From positions 8,742,001-8,806,000 of the forward strand of contig NW_025963846.1 in NCBI RefSeq assembly GCF_023055435.1: DNA of 64,000 nt, written 5' to 3'. The DNA comes from Haliotis rufescens. Its lineage: Eukaryota. Below are positions 41,444-49,915 of this stretch, piece by piece (within the stretch, counting starts at the first letter, position 1; each line of letters opens with the position of its first letter). The position numbers were made by a program, and so were the translations under genes. The notes under the pieces were generated by a model. The model saw nothing but the letters and a program-made list of their open reading frames with translations. It was not told where the DNA came from and did no database searches.

Positions 41444-42659
41444 GGGGGGCTGCTGTAGTCCTAGCCCACTGAGATACCATGCCGCAGTTTAACATGAATA
41501 CCCCACTCAGGGTCGAACCTTCCGTTCTCCGGGCGGACGCTCTACCACTAGACCACGGAGGCGGTCTAATGCCTCTTTGAACAGTATTACAGTTATATGA
41601 CGGCGTGTCAGCTTGATGTGGGAGCAAAGCCAGGAGTGTTGCTGGTCTTAGACGGTTACTTTGGTGAAACACACGAGCACGGGTATGGTGCTGACAAACC
41701 TAGGATCATAACCACGACGAAACAAGGATTCCAATCCACTGGCCCGAGAAAGTGGCGAGCCTCTGAACGACCAGGCCACCCAAGACAGAGTGAGTTGAGT
41801 TGTATTTTACGCCGCTTTTAGCAATATTCCAGCAATACCGCGGCGGGGGACACCAGATATGGGCTTCACACACTGTACCCATATGGGGAATCGAACCCGG
41901 GTCTTCGGCGTGACTAGCGAACGTGCTTTAACCACTTGGCTCCTTACGCCCCCTCCTTCAGCTGAATATATTTTGTACTACTGCCTCCACATTGCACAAC
42001 CGTTAAAAATGTATGCTTGCGAATTGTCAGGTGACAAATGTCACGAAAACGCTAGTCAGCACCATTCCAGTAAAACAATAACGATGGTGATAATTAATAA
42101 TCGAGTCTCGGCCAGACAAGCCATTGGGGACTAGTGGCCAAGGGATTGACACGGCCACTACTCCGTTAGACCGAGACTAGTGAAACTCTAGGGGCGCTCG
42201 TTGTTTTCTCCCAATATCTACATAAATTACATAAGCCGCTAGTCCAAACTAGTGAGCTGAGGATTACCTAGATTTGACCAATGGTGTCAACTCCCATTGG
42301 TCCAAGCTGTCGGGGCACGCACGCACGCACGCACGCACCTGTTCGCACGCACAACAAACGTCACACGGTGTCCCCACCCGATCCATAAGCACCACCCGGA
42401 CAAATAGTGCACTCAAACTGATGAACTGCGAACGATAAGCCGTTTTCACCCCAAACAGCTCACCTGGAGGAACGGACCGACGTTCTTGCCGAAGAGGGTG
42501 ATCATGCGCAGATTGGCGATGGTGTCGATGCAGCCCATGCACCAGCCCATGATCATCAACACCACGATGAGGCCGCCGAGGGTGTCGCAGGCGGGGATGA
42601 GGACCATGGAGAAGGAGACGCCGGCTGCACCCACGAGGAGGAGGATGTTGTTCTGGACC
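16861..42659 (-). CDS. MFSD4A: MFSD4A-like major facilitator superfamily transporter (SLC60 / Na-dependent glucose transporter 1 family), 5'-partial; join of 10 exons, about 450 aa
   Basis: Manual splice of 42659-42464, 41272-41039, 28331-28229, 24779-24664, 23825-23730, 23171-23091, 19695-19548, 18863-18793, 18368-18251 and 17051-16861. All introns are GT-AG and the phases are continuous (1354 nt). Recognisable MFSD4 motifs: MGCIDTIAN...PFLQAMH..YGLGAFVSPMIA, FWGMFALGRLLSVP, GLFVSS..PS.L..TE, TTCLVV.AALGE...P.IVG. Confidence 0.9.
17301..18250 (-). repeat. 94-bp minisatellite (10 copies) derived from the 3' end of exon i plus its donor site
   Basis: ctcac (donor, minus strand) ends at 17310, 17404, [17498 mutated], 17592, 17686, 17780, 17874, 17968, 18062, 18156 and 18250. 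Confidence 0.95.
18251..18368 (-). CDS. MFSD4A: MFSD4A-like exon i (LVVSLGATSFLAFCFSIVLVTLLLYWALYMAGKQMGKYQ), last TM helix
   Basis: tttcag| acceptor, AAG|gtgagt donor, 118 nt, phase 0-1. Confidence 0.88.
18600..18730 (-). mobile_element. SINE family D fragment in the intron between exons h and i
   Basis: gactccgag..accagtcc...gggtaacaacaagtacca...gggatcgaacc. Confidence 0.7.
18793..18863 (-). CDS. MFSD4A: MFSD4A-like exon h (SSITTCLVVMAALGEALCPIIVGN)
   Basis: ctgcag| acceptor, |gtgagt donor, 71 nt, phase 1-0. Confidence 0.9.
19001..19243 (-). mobile_element. Family B copy
   Basis: High similarity to 1456-1705, including the duplicated agtcgcc module. Confidence 0.85.
19548..19695 (-). CDS. 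MFSD4A: MFSD4A-like exon g (VGCSLALVFTLIFRFNHVSIYVGTIFVGLFVSSMSPSALSLTEQFIDMN)
   Basis: tttcag| acceptor, |gtgagt donor, 148 nt, phase 0-1. Confidence 0.92.
19824..20055. mobile_element. MITE family E copy
   Basis: tacactgccgggcaaaagacagtatacac left TIR; degenerate right TIR. Confidence 0.78.
20850..21876 (+). mobile_element. Decayed mariner (Tc1/mariner, DD34D-type) transposon in the intron between exons f and g
   Basis: About 33-bp imperfect TIRs (cgagg...gttctgagcctaacta / tagttaggctcagaac...cctcg). Broken transposase frames: YLQLKGLTPAAIYADMV, RWAVEFKRRRESLEDDPISGRPST, YQDNASVHKS, GKHYANDDDVI. Stops, frameshifts and an internal deletion. Confidence 0.9.
21995..22620. repeat. 28-bp minisatellite (atgccctttatattaggacacgtacgtc)
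   Basis: About 21 diverged copies. Confidence 0.9.
23091..23171 (-). CDS. MFSD4A: MFSD4A-like exon f (GMFALGRLLSVPAAAKLTPSFMLLFSI)
   Basis: tttgcag| acceptor, |gtaagt donor, 81 nt; FWG...GR motif of the MFS C-terminal half. Confidence 0.92.
23194..23240. repeat. (ATA)n microsatellite 22 nt from the exon f acceptor
   Basis: About 15 units. Confidence 0.95.
23322..23386. repeat. (GTA)n microsatellite running into an assembly gap
   Basis: Visible trinucleotide units. Confidence 0.9.
23387..23576. other. Assembly gap (N run)
   Basis: 190 Ns. Confidence 1.
23730..23825 (-). CDS. MFSD4A: MFSD4A-like exon e (STYANYIYTYAHEASVKSLQKFEGAILDACFW)
   Basis: cttcag| acceptor, TGG|gtgagt donor, 96 nt, phase 0-0. 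Confidence 0.92.
23846..24081 (-). mobile_element. SINE family C copy abutting the acceptor of exon e
   Basis: Similarity to 10628-10906. Confidence 0.8.
24664..24779 (-). CDS. MFSD4A: MFSD4A-like exon d (ASEGGMAWVRKCCACSPRDVFLITLLASISVFLFDGLQ)
   Basis: ttgcag| acceptor, CAG|gtgagt donor, 116 nt, phase 1-0. Confidence 0.88.
24765..25225 (-). repeat. Degenerate 66-90-bp tandem repeat built from the exon d acceptor junction
   Basis: ccaccttca.tcgca.ctgcaatacaagaacaccatgttaga at 24765 (real junction) and 24831, with further copies to 25225. Confidence 0.8.
26091..26232 (+). mobile_element. SINE family A copy (diverged)
   Basis: Similarity to 30033-30195. Confidence 0.68.
26846..27230 (-). mobile_element. 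SINE family D copy with internal (GT)n + poly-G
   Basis: Similarity to 63165-63460. Confidence 0.82.
27260..27394 (-). mobile_element. SINE family A copy (diverged)
   Basis: Similarity to 30033-30195. Confidence 0.65.
27746..27942 (-). mobile_element. SINE family C copy (5'-truncated at the B-box)
   Basis: Similarity to 10628-10906. Confidence 0.82.
28229..28331 (-). CDS. MFSD4A: MFSD4A-like exon c (LLVALEVALVILRERMRGPVKSPVGQQTTHSGEG)
   Basis: tttcag| acceptor, G|gtgagt donor, 103 nt, phase 0-1; completes the TM helix begun in exon b; not in the ORF track. Confidence 0.85.
28448..28678. mobile_element. MITE family E copy
   Basis: Both TIRs recognisable; internal sequence is shared with the other copies. 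Confidence 0.78.
29069..29245 (+). mobile_element. Pogo/Tigger-like element left end
   Basis: ta|cagtcaagactcgttaatccgac followed by repeated (t)atccgaca subterminal motifs; no right end seen. Confidence 0.5.
30033..30195 (+). mobile_element. Short (about 160 bp) tRNA-derived SINE family A, full-length
   Basis: A-box tagcctagtgg, B-box gg(a/t)tcgattcc; TSD caatctaacctcttt (30018-30032 / 30196-30210). Confidence 0.9.
32836..33077. repeat. 30-bp minisatellite (8 copies)
   Basis: cagattatattcatgattattcccttaaac. Confidence 0.95.
34033..34215. repeat. 28-bp G-rich minisatellite with G-quadruplex potential
   Basis: ggggtgaggggtgggtggttgtaagggt x ~6. Confidence 0.85.
34285..34982. repeat. 20-bp minisatellite (about 35 copies)
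   Basis: (g/a)tgtgggatggtat(g/a)aatga; source of the His/Pro/Ile ORFs. Confidence 0.95.
35824..35974. other. Assembly gap (N run)
   Basis: 151 Ns. Confidence 1.
36056..36244 (-). mobile_element. Family B copy (5'-truncated)
   Basis: Similarity to the other family B copies. Confidence 0.8.
36741..36980 (+). mobile_element. SINE family C copy
   Basis: Reverse-complement similarity to 10628-10906. Confidence 0.82.
39246..39800. repeat. GT-rich low-complexity tract with 5 embedded copies of tat.ccgcaaatataa(g/a)gtg
   Basis: Motif at about 39249, 39527, 39576, 39651 and 39710. Confidence 0.85.
39799..40004 (-). mobile_element. Family B copy (diverged)
   Basis: Similarity to the other family B copies. 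Confidence 0.7.
40200..40350 (-). mobile_element. SINE family A copy
   Basis: Near-identical reverse complement of 30033-30195. Confidence 0.87.
40412..40628. mobile_element. MITE family E copy
   Basis: actgccgggcaaaa...ttttgctcggcagt TIRs. Confidence 0.78.
41039..41272 (-). CDS. MFSD4A: MFSD4A-like exon b (AMHCCYGLGAFVSPMIA...HVPIAFYILGGLQ)
   Basis: ctacag| acceptor, CAG|gtaggt donor, 234 nt = 78 codons, phase 0-0. Confidence 0.93.
41322..41782 (-). mobile_element. SINE family C copy with a nested family D SINE (41347-41566)
   Basis: The C tail is split by D, with a 14-bp TSD taa(c/t)gcc(g/t)ctttga at 41333-41346 / 41567-41580. Confidence 0.8.
41789..41953 (-). mobile_element. SINE family A copy
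   Basis: Similarity to 30033-30195. Confidence 0.82.
42464..42659 (-). CDS. MFSD4A: MFSD4A-like exon a (VQNNILLLVGAAGVSF...MGCIDTIANLRMITLFGKNVGPFLQ)
   Basis: tttccag| acceptor, CAG|gtgag donor, 196 nt (1 nt + 65 codons), two hydrophobic TM segments, GC3-rich. Confidence 0.93.
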
Positions 42660-43035
42660 CTGGAAATAAACAGACACAATATATATAGTAGGTCTGGGAG
42701 TAAACAGACACAATCTTTGACTAAATAGACACAATAATAGCTGTATGTCTGGAAGTAAACAGACAATAAATAAATGTAGGTCTGGGAGTAAACAGACACA
42801 ATCTGGGAGTAAACAGACACAATAATAGCTGTATGTCTGGAAGTAAACAGACACAATAAATAAATATAGGTCTGAAAACACATACAATATAATACAGACA
42901 ATAACAGGTGTTTGTCTGGGAGCAAACAGAAACAATGAATAGGCGTAGGACTAAACAGATACAATCAGTAGATGTAGGCATGGGAGTAAACAGAAACAAT
43001 AACTGGATGTATATCTGGGAGTAAACAGACAAATA
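42660..43035 (-). repeat. Degenerate 21-34-bp tandem repeat built from the exon a acceptor
   Basis: Minus-strand attgtgtctgttta(c/t)t(c/t)ccag at 42660 (real) and 42694, 42749, 42782, 42803, 42837, 42916, 43015. Confidence 0.85.
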
Positions 43036-43794
43036 AATAAATGCAGGTCAGGCACAAAACAATATCTAATAGGTTTAAATCTGGAGGAATGGTCAGATAC
43101 AACTACACAAGGTGGCTCAGCAAAGCAATTTTCTCCTAAAAACGTCGAGGCAACAAAATAGGCTGTTCTTTGATTTGTTCTTGAAAAAAAGTAAAGTAAG
43201 AATTAAAAAACCCGAAATCCATAACTCAATATAACAAATAAGATAATGCCAAATTTCGAAGTTATTCTGAAAAAGGCAGCCCGCTTGCCTCGAACGACGA
43301 ATATGTCAACATATTGGGACTTTGATCGAAGAACTTTCGGTGTAATTTGCATTCATTTTTTGGTCCCGGCCATTTGCTGTATATATGCTTAAAACGAAAT
43401 ACAAATATCTCGAACTAAAATCAGTGGTCACTTCGTTATAACCGTAGTTTCCTGTAAATTAATGTCTTGTCATCTGAGCTGCTATTTGTCAGAGATGAAG
43501 ACGGGGAAGAGTAATGTTGCTTCGTGCCATCTTCGATTATCCAAGGAATTGCATCTTCTTTCTATTACGATAAATACCCATTAGCTACAAGTGTTAAGCC
43601 CAACTCACTCATTAGCTACAATAGTTTCCTTTTAAGCCCGATTCAAATTACAAGACGCGAAAAGTAGCCGCCCAATCAAATCACACCCACGAGCGAGAGA
43701 GAAGTTAGTGACAAGAGATATTGAGATAGTGACGTCACTTCAGAAAAGAAGTTTTGTTGGCGACGGGTGAGGTGGTAGTGAAAGATTATTGCAC

Positions 43795-43949
43795 NNNNNN
43801 NNNNNNNNNNNNNNNNNNNNNNNNNNNNNNNNNNNNNNNNNNNNNNNNNNNNNNNNNNNNNNNNNNNNNNNNNNNNNNNNNNNNNNNNNNNNNNNNNNNN
43901 NNNNNNNNNNNNNNNNNNNNNNNNNNNNNNNNNNNNNNNNNNNNNNNNN
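43795..43949. other. Assembly gap (N run)
   Basis: 155 Ns. Confidence 1.
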
Positions 43950-44200
43950 CTCTGACCAATACCGGTTTTATAGTGTTAGCCCAATGAGATACCATGCCAC
44001 ATTTTAACATGGATACCCACTGAGACACATACTGACTCCGAGCCGACCAGACCTTGTTTTATCACTTATTGCCGAATGCGAGGCAGAGTAACAACTAGTA
44101 CTATCTCGTCCCGTCTTTTGGTATGGCGTGACTGGGTATCGAACCAACGACCTTCCGCTCTCCGGGCAGACACCCTATCCACTTGACCACGGAGGCGGTC
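43950..44200 (-). mobile_element. SINE family D copy (3' part lost in the N-gap)
   Basis: Intact tRNA-like head plus the family D core. Confidence 0.82.
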
Positions 44201-44834
44201 TGTTTCTGAATGAGGCCAATGTATTTTTCTCAATAGAATGGAGGTACAATACATTAGGTAATCGAGCTGCTCCCAGCTGACACCCACTCTACTGCTCGTG
44301 CGTCATACGGTTCAGTCTGAATGAGATCTGTTACACTTACAGACATCAATCTTAAAGATGGCCGGGATCTTATAAGAAGAACCAGCATTGCAATTAGGAT
44401 ATTTTCTTTGAAATAGAAAAACGTAAACAGATTTTTTTAAATATCATCTAAATTTGTACAGCTCATCTTTCAAATGCAAATTTCCCGTAATAGGTGCACG
44501 ATTTCAAAATGGGTCACTTATTGACCACTACACGACTTCACACAATCGCAGATAATAACTTCAAAGGGGAGACCAATTCTGGGTTCTCTTCACTTTTTGC
44601 AAAGATCAAAGGCTTATAAATGGCATTACTTTTGCTTATGTAACCCGTCATATTCTACTTGTGATTTCTATAACAAAAGCGCATATGTTCCAAAAAAAAA
44701 ATCCAATTGTCATCCACGCACAGGTGTAGCTTTATGAAACATATGTGTCTGCATAGTCATTATGCACGGTGAATATATGGTGCGTCCTCTTAGCCTTGTC
44801 ATTTTGTATACAGAACGTATTGGTATATCAGCAT

Positions 44835-45066
44835 TGTTTGTTTGTTTTCTTGTTGTTTAACGCCGCACTTAGCAATATTCCAGCTATATGACGGCGGTCT
44901 GTAAATATCTAGCTGGGACCAGAAAATCCAGTGATTGACATCATGAGCAATTGAGCAACGATGGCCTGATCAACCAAGTCAGAGACACTGACCGACTTAT
45001 CCCGTTAGTCGCCTCTTAAGACAAGCATGGGTTGCTGAAGACCGAATAACACGGATCTTAGCGGGG
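44835..45066 (-). mobile_element. Family B copy
   Basis: Similarity to the other family B copies. Confidence 0.8.
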
Positions 45067-45356
45067 GGTATCGGAATTGACCTCTAAATTTAATTGGAAG
45101 CCAAACAATTCTTATGCATGTGTTTATTACGACTATACTTAACAAGATGACGCGGCCCCTCGAAACTGAATTAAAGAAGGTTTAAATTCCCTTATTCTGG
45201 AATGTATCTAAATTCTGGACTGAAAACAACGCGGATCAAACTTTATAATAGAGGAACAAATCCAAATATAGTTGCAGTTAATGTTGTTTAGTATAGGAGA
45301 TATACTCCCCTGATATACCCCATTAATGTATTCTAAGAATGTATTCAAGTGACAGC

Positions 45357-45865
45357 CCAGTGATATATCCCCGTGATATACTTTAGTGATATATTCCAGT
45401 GATATACATCAGTGATATTCCTCAGGGATATATTTTAGCGATATACTCCAGTGAAATATGCTTGTGATATACTCCAGTGATATGCCTCAGTGATATATTG
45501 TACTGATATACTCCAGTGATATACATCAGTGATATATTGTAGTGATATACTTTAGTCATTATATAGCAGTGATATTCCTCAGTGATATATTTTAGCGATA
45601 TTCTCCTGTGGTAGTGACATACAGCAGTGATATTCCTCAGTGATATATTTTAGCGATATTCTCCTGTGGTAGTGACATACACCAGTGATATTCCTCAGTG
45701 ATATATTTTAGCGATATTCTCCTGTGGTAGTGACATACACCAGTGATATTCCTCAGTGATATATTTCAGCGATATTCTCCTGTGGTAGTGACATACAGCA
45801 GTGATATTCCTCAGTGATATATTTTAGCGATATTCTCCTGTGGTAGTGACATACACCAGTGATAT
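45357..45865. repeat. gtgatat-based repeat maturing into a 58-bp minisatellite (about 5 copies, 45567-45865)
   Basis: cagtgatattcctcagtgatatattttagcgatattctcctgtggtagtgacataca. Confidence 0.9.
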
Positions 45866-46199
45866 GACGAATACAAACCACCTCCCTCCACCTCAGTCAT
45901 ATCCAATCGGCGGTTTATGCAACACAATTTCCTCTGCAGTCCCTTGATGCCATAAATGACTCATTAAATTATAAATGATGAAAGCAATATGTGCAAATGA
46001 TACTTTGTAAATTCATGATCAAATGTGATAACAAAATTACCATTCATATCAGATTTCTTGTATTTATTAATACTCATATATAACACACTCCGGCAATAGA
46101 TTTGCGCAAGTTATTTTTTTCTGCATCATTAACGACAGAGTTTAGGAGTTTCAGAGAGACAGGTCTTGTAGTGTTTTGGCGAATCTAGTTAAGTATTTA

Positions 46200-46292
46200 C
46201 GAGTGAGTGAGTGGGTGGGTGAGTAGGTGGATGAGTGAGTGGGTGGGTGAGGAGGTAGATGAGTGAGTGAGTGGGTGGTATTCGAGTGAGTT
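46200..46292. repeat. (GAGT/GGGT)n tetranucleotide repeat
   Basis: Visible tandem units. Confidence 0.85.
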
Positions 46293-46759
46293 AAAATTAA
46301 GTCGAGTCTGACTTGAACACGTTTAAAATTATAATGGTACCAACTAGCAATATATTTCATATTGACTTAAAACCAGTTGGATACTATTGAAAATATCTGA
46401 CTATTAAACAACGATACAACCGAAAAATGGGTCTCTTGATCGACAGCAACAAACTACAGTCACAATACTTGGGACATGGCCTCCCGCTTCATTAACAATG
46501 ATTTCAGTGGTTCCATTTCAAGCAATTATCCAGAAAGGCTTATTTTCTCACTGTGAATGTCTTACGACAGTAACTATAGGGGGAATGACTTTTTTCAGGT
46601 GAACAATTGACTTGCCTTTGCATGCGTTTGCGACACATGTTTATGATATAGTCGAAATCCCACATTGGTCCGTGCTTTTAGCAGAAATGTCTTATGGTTA
46701 TGGAAATGGTTAATGTTTTTTCTCTCTGGGTGTACTGAACAAAAACAGCCGTCTCATGA

Positions 46760-46922
46760 GGATCGAGAGGCACGACGCGGGGATTTGGCTGACTGTGTAA
46801 CCTCATGCCCTGATGGCGTGAGATGCTGCCATTGCTGTCAGTCAATGATTTGTCTGGCCCGGACTGGATTATTAGCTGACCGCGATATAGCTGAATATTG
46901 TTGACTGCCGCGTTAAACAAAA
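46760..46922 (+). mobile_element. Family B copy (old, diverged)
   Basis: ggatcg...gtctggcccggact...gatatagctgaatattgttgactgccgcgttaaacaa tail. Confidence 0.55.
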
Positions 46923-47831
46923 CTCTGGAATGGAAATGAATTGCCACTGTACCTACATGATAGGTTCATCTCGTCTTCTGCAACATAGAGTCTAACCCTT
47001 AACATGCCCCTAAATAGTTAATGCACCATCTGCAGAGCGGAAGAAATACCGATCAGAGGTTCTAAACCTCACAAGTGTTTTTCGTCATGGGTTGAAAGCT
47101 CTAATGCCATGCCCTGTGACATTTACACAGAAAAAGCCTGCCCTTGTCTCCTGTTAAGTTCTTTCCTTGAAACATTCACCCATCTGGTCTGCATCCTAGC
47201 TACTCCTGCGTGCCGCATCCTGTCACAAGGACATCAAACTGAGTCCTGCAAGAACACCACGTCTTTCGCCTAAATAATTCCAGATGACGCGAAATCTTAC
47301 AATGACAGAGCGTAATTACCCACTTGTGTAGTTAATCACCCAGAGGTTGGAGAAAAGTAATTGGATTTGACTTGTATGGCTCACGTTCCAGCCCTGGGAC
47401 AGGCTCTGCTGGAGAGTCAGAAAGAAGACACTACGTCGTTATGGAGGCACGTGCACCGGGCACAACGTATTGAATTCCGTTGTGCAAATAGGCAGAGGAA
47501 TTTCTAAGATTTAGATACAAGAATTTCATAACCTAATAGCTATAACAGATAGGGTGTAATACGGAAAATGGTTCGAAATACATCTGTAATATATACACAG
47601 CCGGACTGTATATTTGACGATGTGTTTTGTGCCTCTTTGAATAGATGGCAGTGCTAAGTTCCTGACTTTTAGGGCATGTTTTCTCCACGTGTTCCAAAGC
47701 TAAGTTTGCAGAAGAAAAAACTAAATGTTTCACAAATAACACAAAGAAAAATAATTTCTGCTTCAAGTTATTCATTGTACACATACCTCAGCCCAAGTCT
47801 CTAGCAAATCCATCTTTCTATAAATTTAAAA

Positions 47832-48064
47832 TACACTCCTGGGCTAAAAAAGTATAAACTTGAAAATTGGATTTGACCAAAGAATTACAAAGGTTATCGA
47901 AACGTTATAGGCTGAAACATTCTTCGAAACACTGCAAACTTTAGCTTCAAAACAGAACTATGACACCCGTATCAAGTACATCACGTCGAATAACCATGTC
48001 TTATTTGATAAATGTTTAGCCACCATCAAACATGGGTGTATACTTTCTTTTGCCAGGCAGTGTA
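47832..48064. mobile_element. MITE family E copy
   Basis: tacactcctgggc...gccaggcagtgta with TA on both sides. Confidence 0.8.
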
Positions 48065-48508
48065 TATTCGGTTTGTTCGTAATTGTTTATATTCTTTTGT
48101 ATAAGCAGCTTTTGAAGCAGAATGGAGTTGATCTTAATGTGCGTTTTGGAATATACAACCTTTGATATGTGTTTACAAAGCACATGTGGAAATGCGAAGC
48201 ATACATGGATGGTTACAGCACACACTGTTTATCTTACAAAATGAGTGTCAACAAATAACAATCTAGCAATGGCCTTAACAATTTGTTTACAGAAATTCTG
48301 CAGTACCGGCAGTCAGTGTCCAATATTAGTACCAAGATAATCCCCAAGTATAAAAACAGATCAAATCTCCATTTAACTAGCAGCGTTTGTCCTCATCTAT
48401 TTTATGAAGACTTTATGACAGTATGTGTGTGTGGGGGGTGGGGGTATGTGTTCGTGTGTGTCTGTGTGTGGCCACGTGGTACTCGTTGCGTGGTGTTCCG
48501 ACTATTTG

Positions 48509-48693
48509 NNNNNNNNNNNNNNNNNNNNNNNNNNNNNNNNNNNNNNNNNNNNNNNNNNNNNNNNNNNNNNNNNNNNNNNNNNNNNNNNNNNNNNNNNNNN
48601 NNNNNNNNNNNNNNNNNNNNNNNNNNNNNNNNNNNNNNNNNNNNNNNNNNNNNNNNNNNNNNNNNNNNNNNNNNNNNNNNNNNNNNNNNNNNN
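48509..48693. other. Assembly gap (N run)
   Basis: 185 Ns. Confidence 1.
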
Positions 48694-49164
48694 GCCAGTT
48701 TGTATATCATTTGGAACTCAAACACTTAGAAGCTCTGAGTGCTCGGAGGCCAAGGGCATGATGACCCCACACTGCCGCCACGCTAAAGACACCATGTCAT
48801 AGTGCTCGTTGATCATTGTCTTGACGAATAGCGTTGCGAGTCCATGCCCTGGGCACTGACGGAATAGAGCGGGTGAGAGATCTTGTTGATCAGTCTGTTA
48901 TTGTCAGCCTGTTGGCACCAAAGGATGCCAGGTTGAGCTGATCTGTAACTGAGCAACGTGACACATGCTGCCATCAAATGATACTGCATAGATGAGTACA
49001 TTGGAATCCGTTATGATTTGTCATTTGGAAATCATTCAGCTATTTAACGTCCATTATATATTTTGATTGTGATTATTAATAAATATGGACGCCCACAGGC
49101 AGACATACACACCAGCAGGGACCAACAGGGATTATTTATAAACGACAGTTTGCGACAACAATAG

Positions 49165-49385
49165 ACCGTTATTTTGACAAGAATAAACCCTAGTGTTGAC
49201 AGAAATCTACAATAATATGACAAGAACATACCGTTATTTTGACAAGAATATACCGATGTGTTGACAGGAGTTTACAATTGATGACAAGAATATACCGATG
49301 TGTTGACAGGAGTTTACAATTGAAGACAAGAATATACCGATGTGTTGACAGGAGTTTACAATTGATGACAAGAATATACAGTTAT
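49165..49385. repeat. 42-bp minisatellite (3-4 copies)
   Basis: gacaagaatataccgatgtgttgacaggagtttacaattgat. Confidence 0.85.
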
Positions 49386-49629
49386 TTCAGACGAACACGT
49401 CAGTAAACTAATTGCATTGTCTCGCAACTGGAGGTGGCACCTTGAGGCTTTGCGAGCAGTGCCGTGGTGATTAGGTAAATGTGAGTATAGAGCCCCTCAG
49501 ATCTGAGGGTTAGCTGCAGACAACGAGAGGGCGCCATGGCTGACTTCGTCATCGGCAGTGCTAATAGCAATCAGCGATTGGACACTCGTTTGAAGAAGTC
49601 TTAATTAATTTAGTTAATTGGTTATTTTC

Positions 49630-49915
49630 TATGTCACAGTAGGGCAGAACCTGCTTATCAATATGAAGGGCACATTATGTCACAGTAAGGCAGAACATGC
49701 TTACCCATATGAAGGGCACATTATGTCACAGTAAGGCAGACCATGCTTATCCATATGAAGGGCACATTATGTCACAGTAAGGCAGACCATGCTTATCCAT
49801 ATGAAGGGCAAATTATGTCACAGTAGGGCAGAACATGCTTATCCATATGAAGGGCACATTATGTCACAGTAAGTTAGAACATGCTTATCCATATGATGGG
49901 CACATTATGTCACAG
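49630..49915. repeat. 46-bp minisatellite (6 copies)
   Basis: tatgtcacagtaaggcagaacatgcttatccatatgaagggcacat. Confidence 0.92.

Noticed and set aside
42264-43032. 223-aa and 103-aa ORFs and the N-terminal part of the 172-aa ORF
   Set aside because: Only 42464-42659 is coding; the rest is the acceptor-derived repeat or alternative frames of a GC-rich exon.
23268-48802. ORFs containing long X runs
   Set aside because: Artefacts of the four N-gaps.
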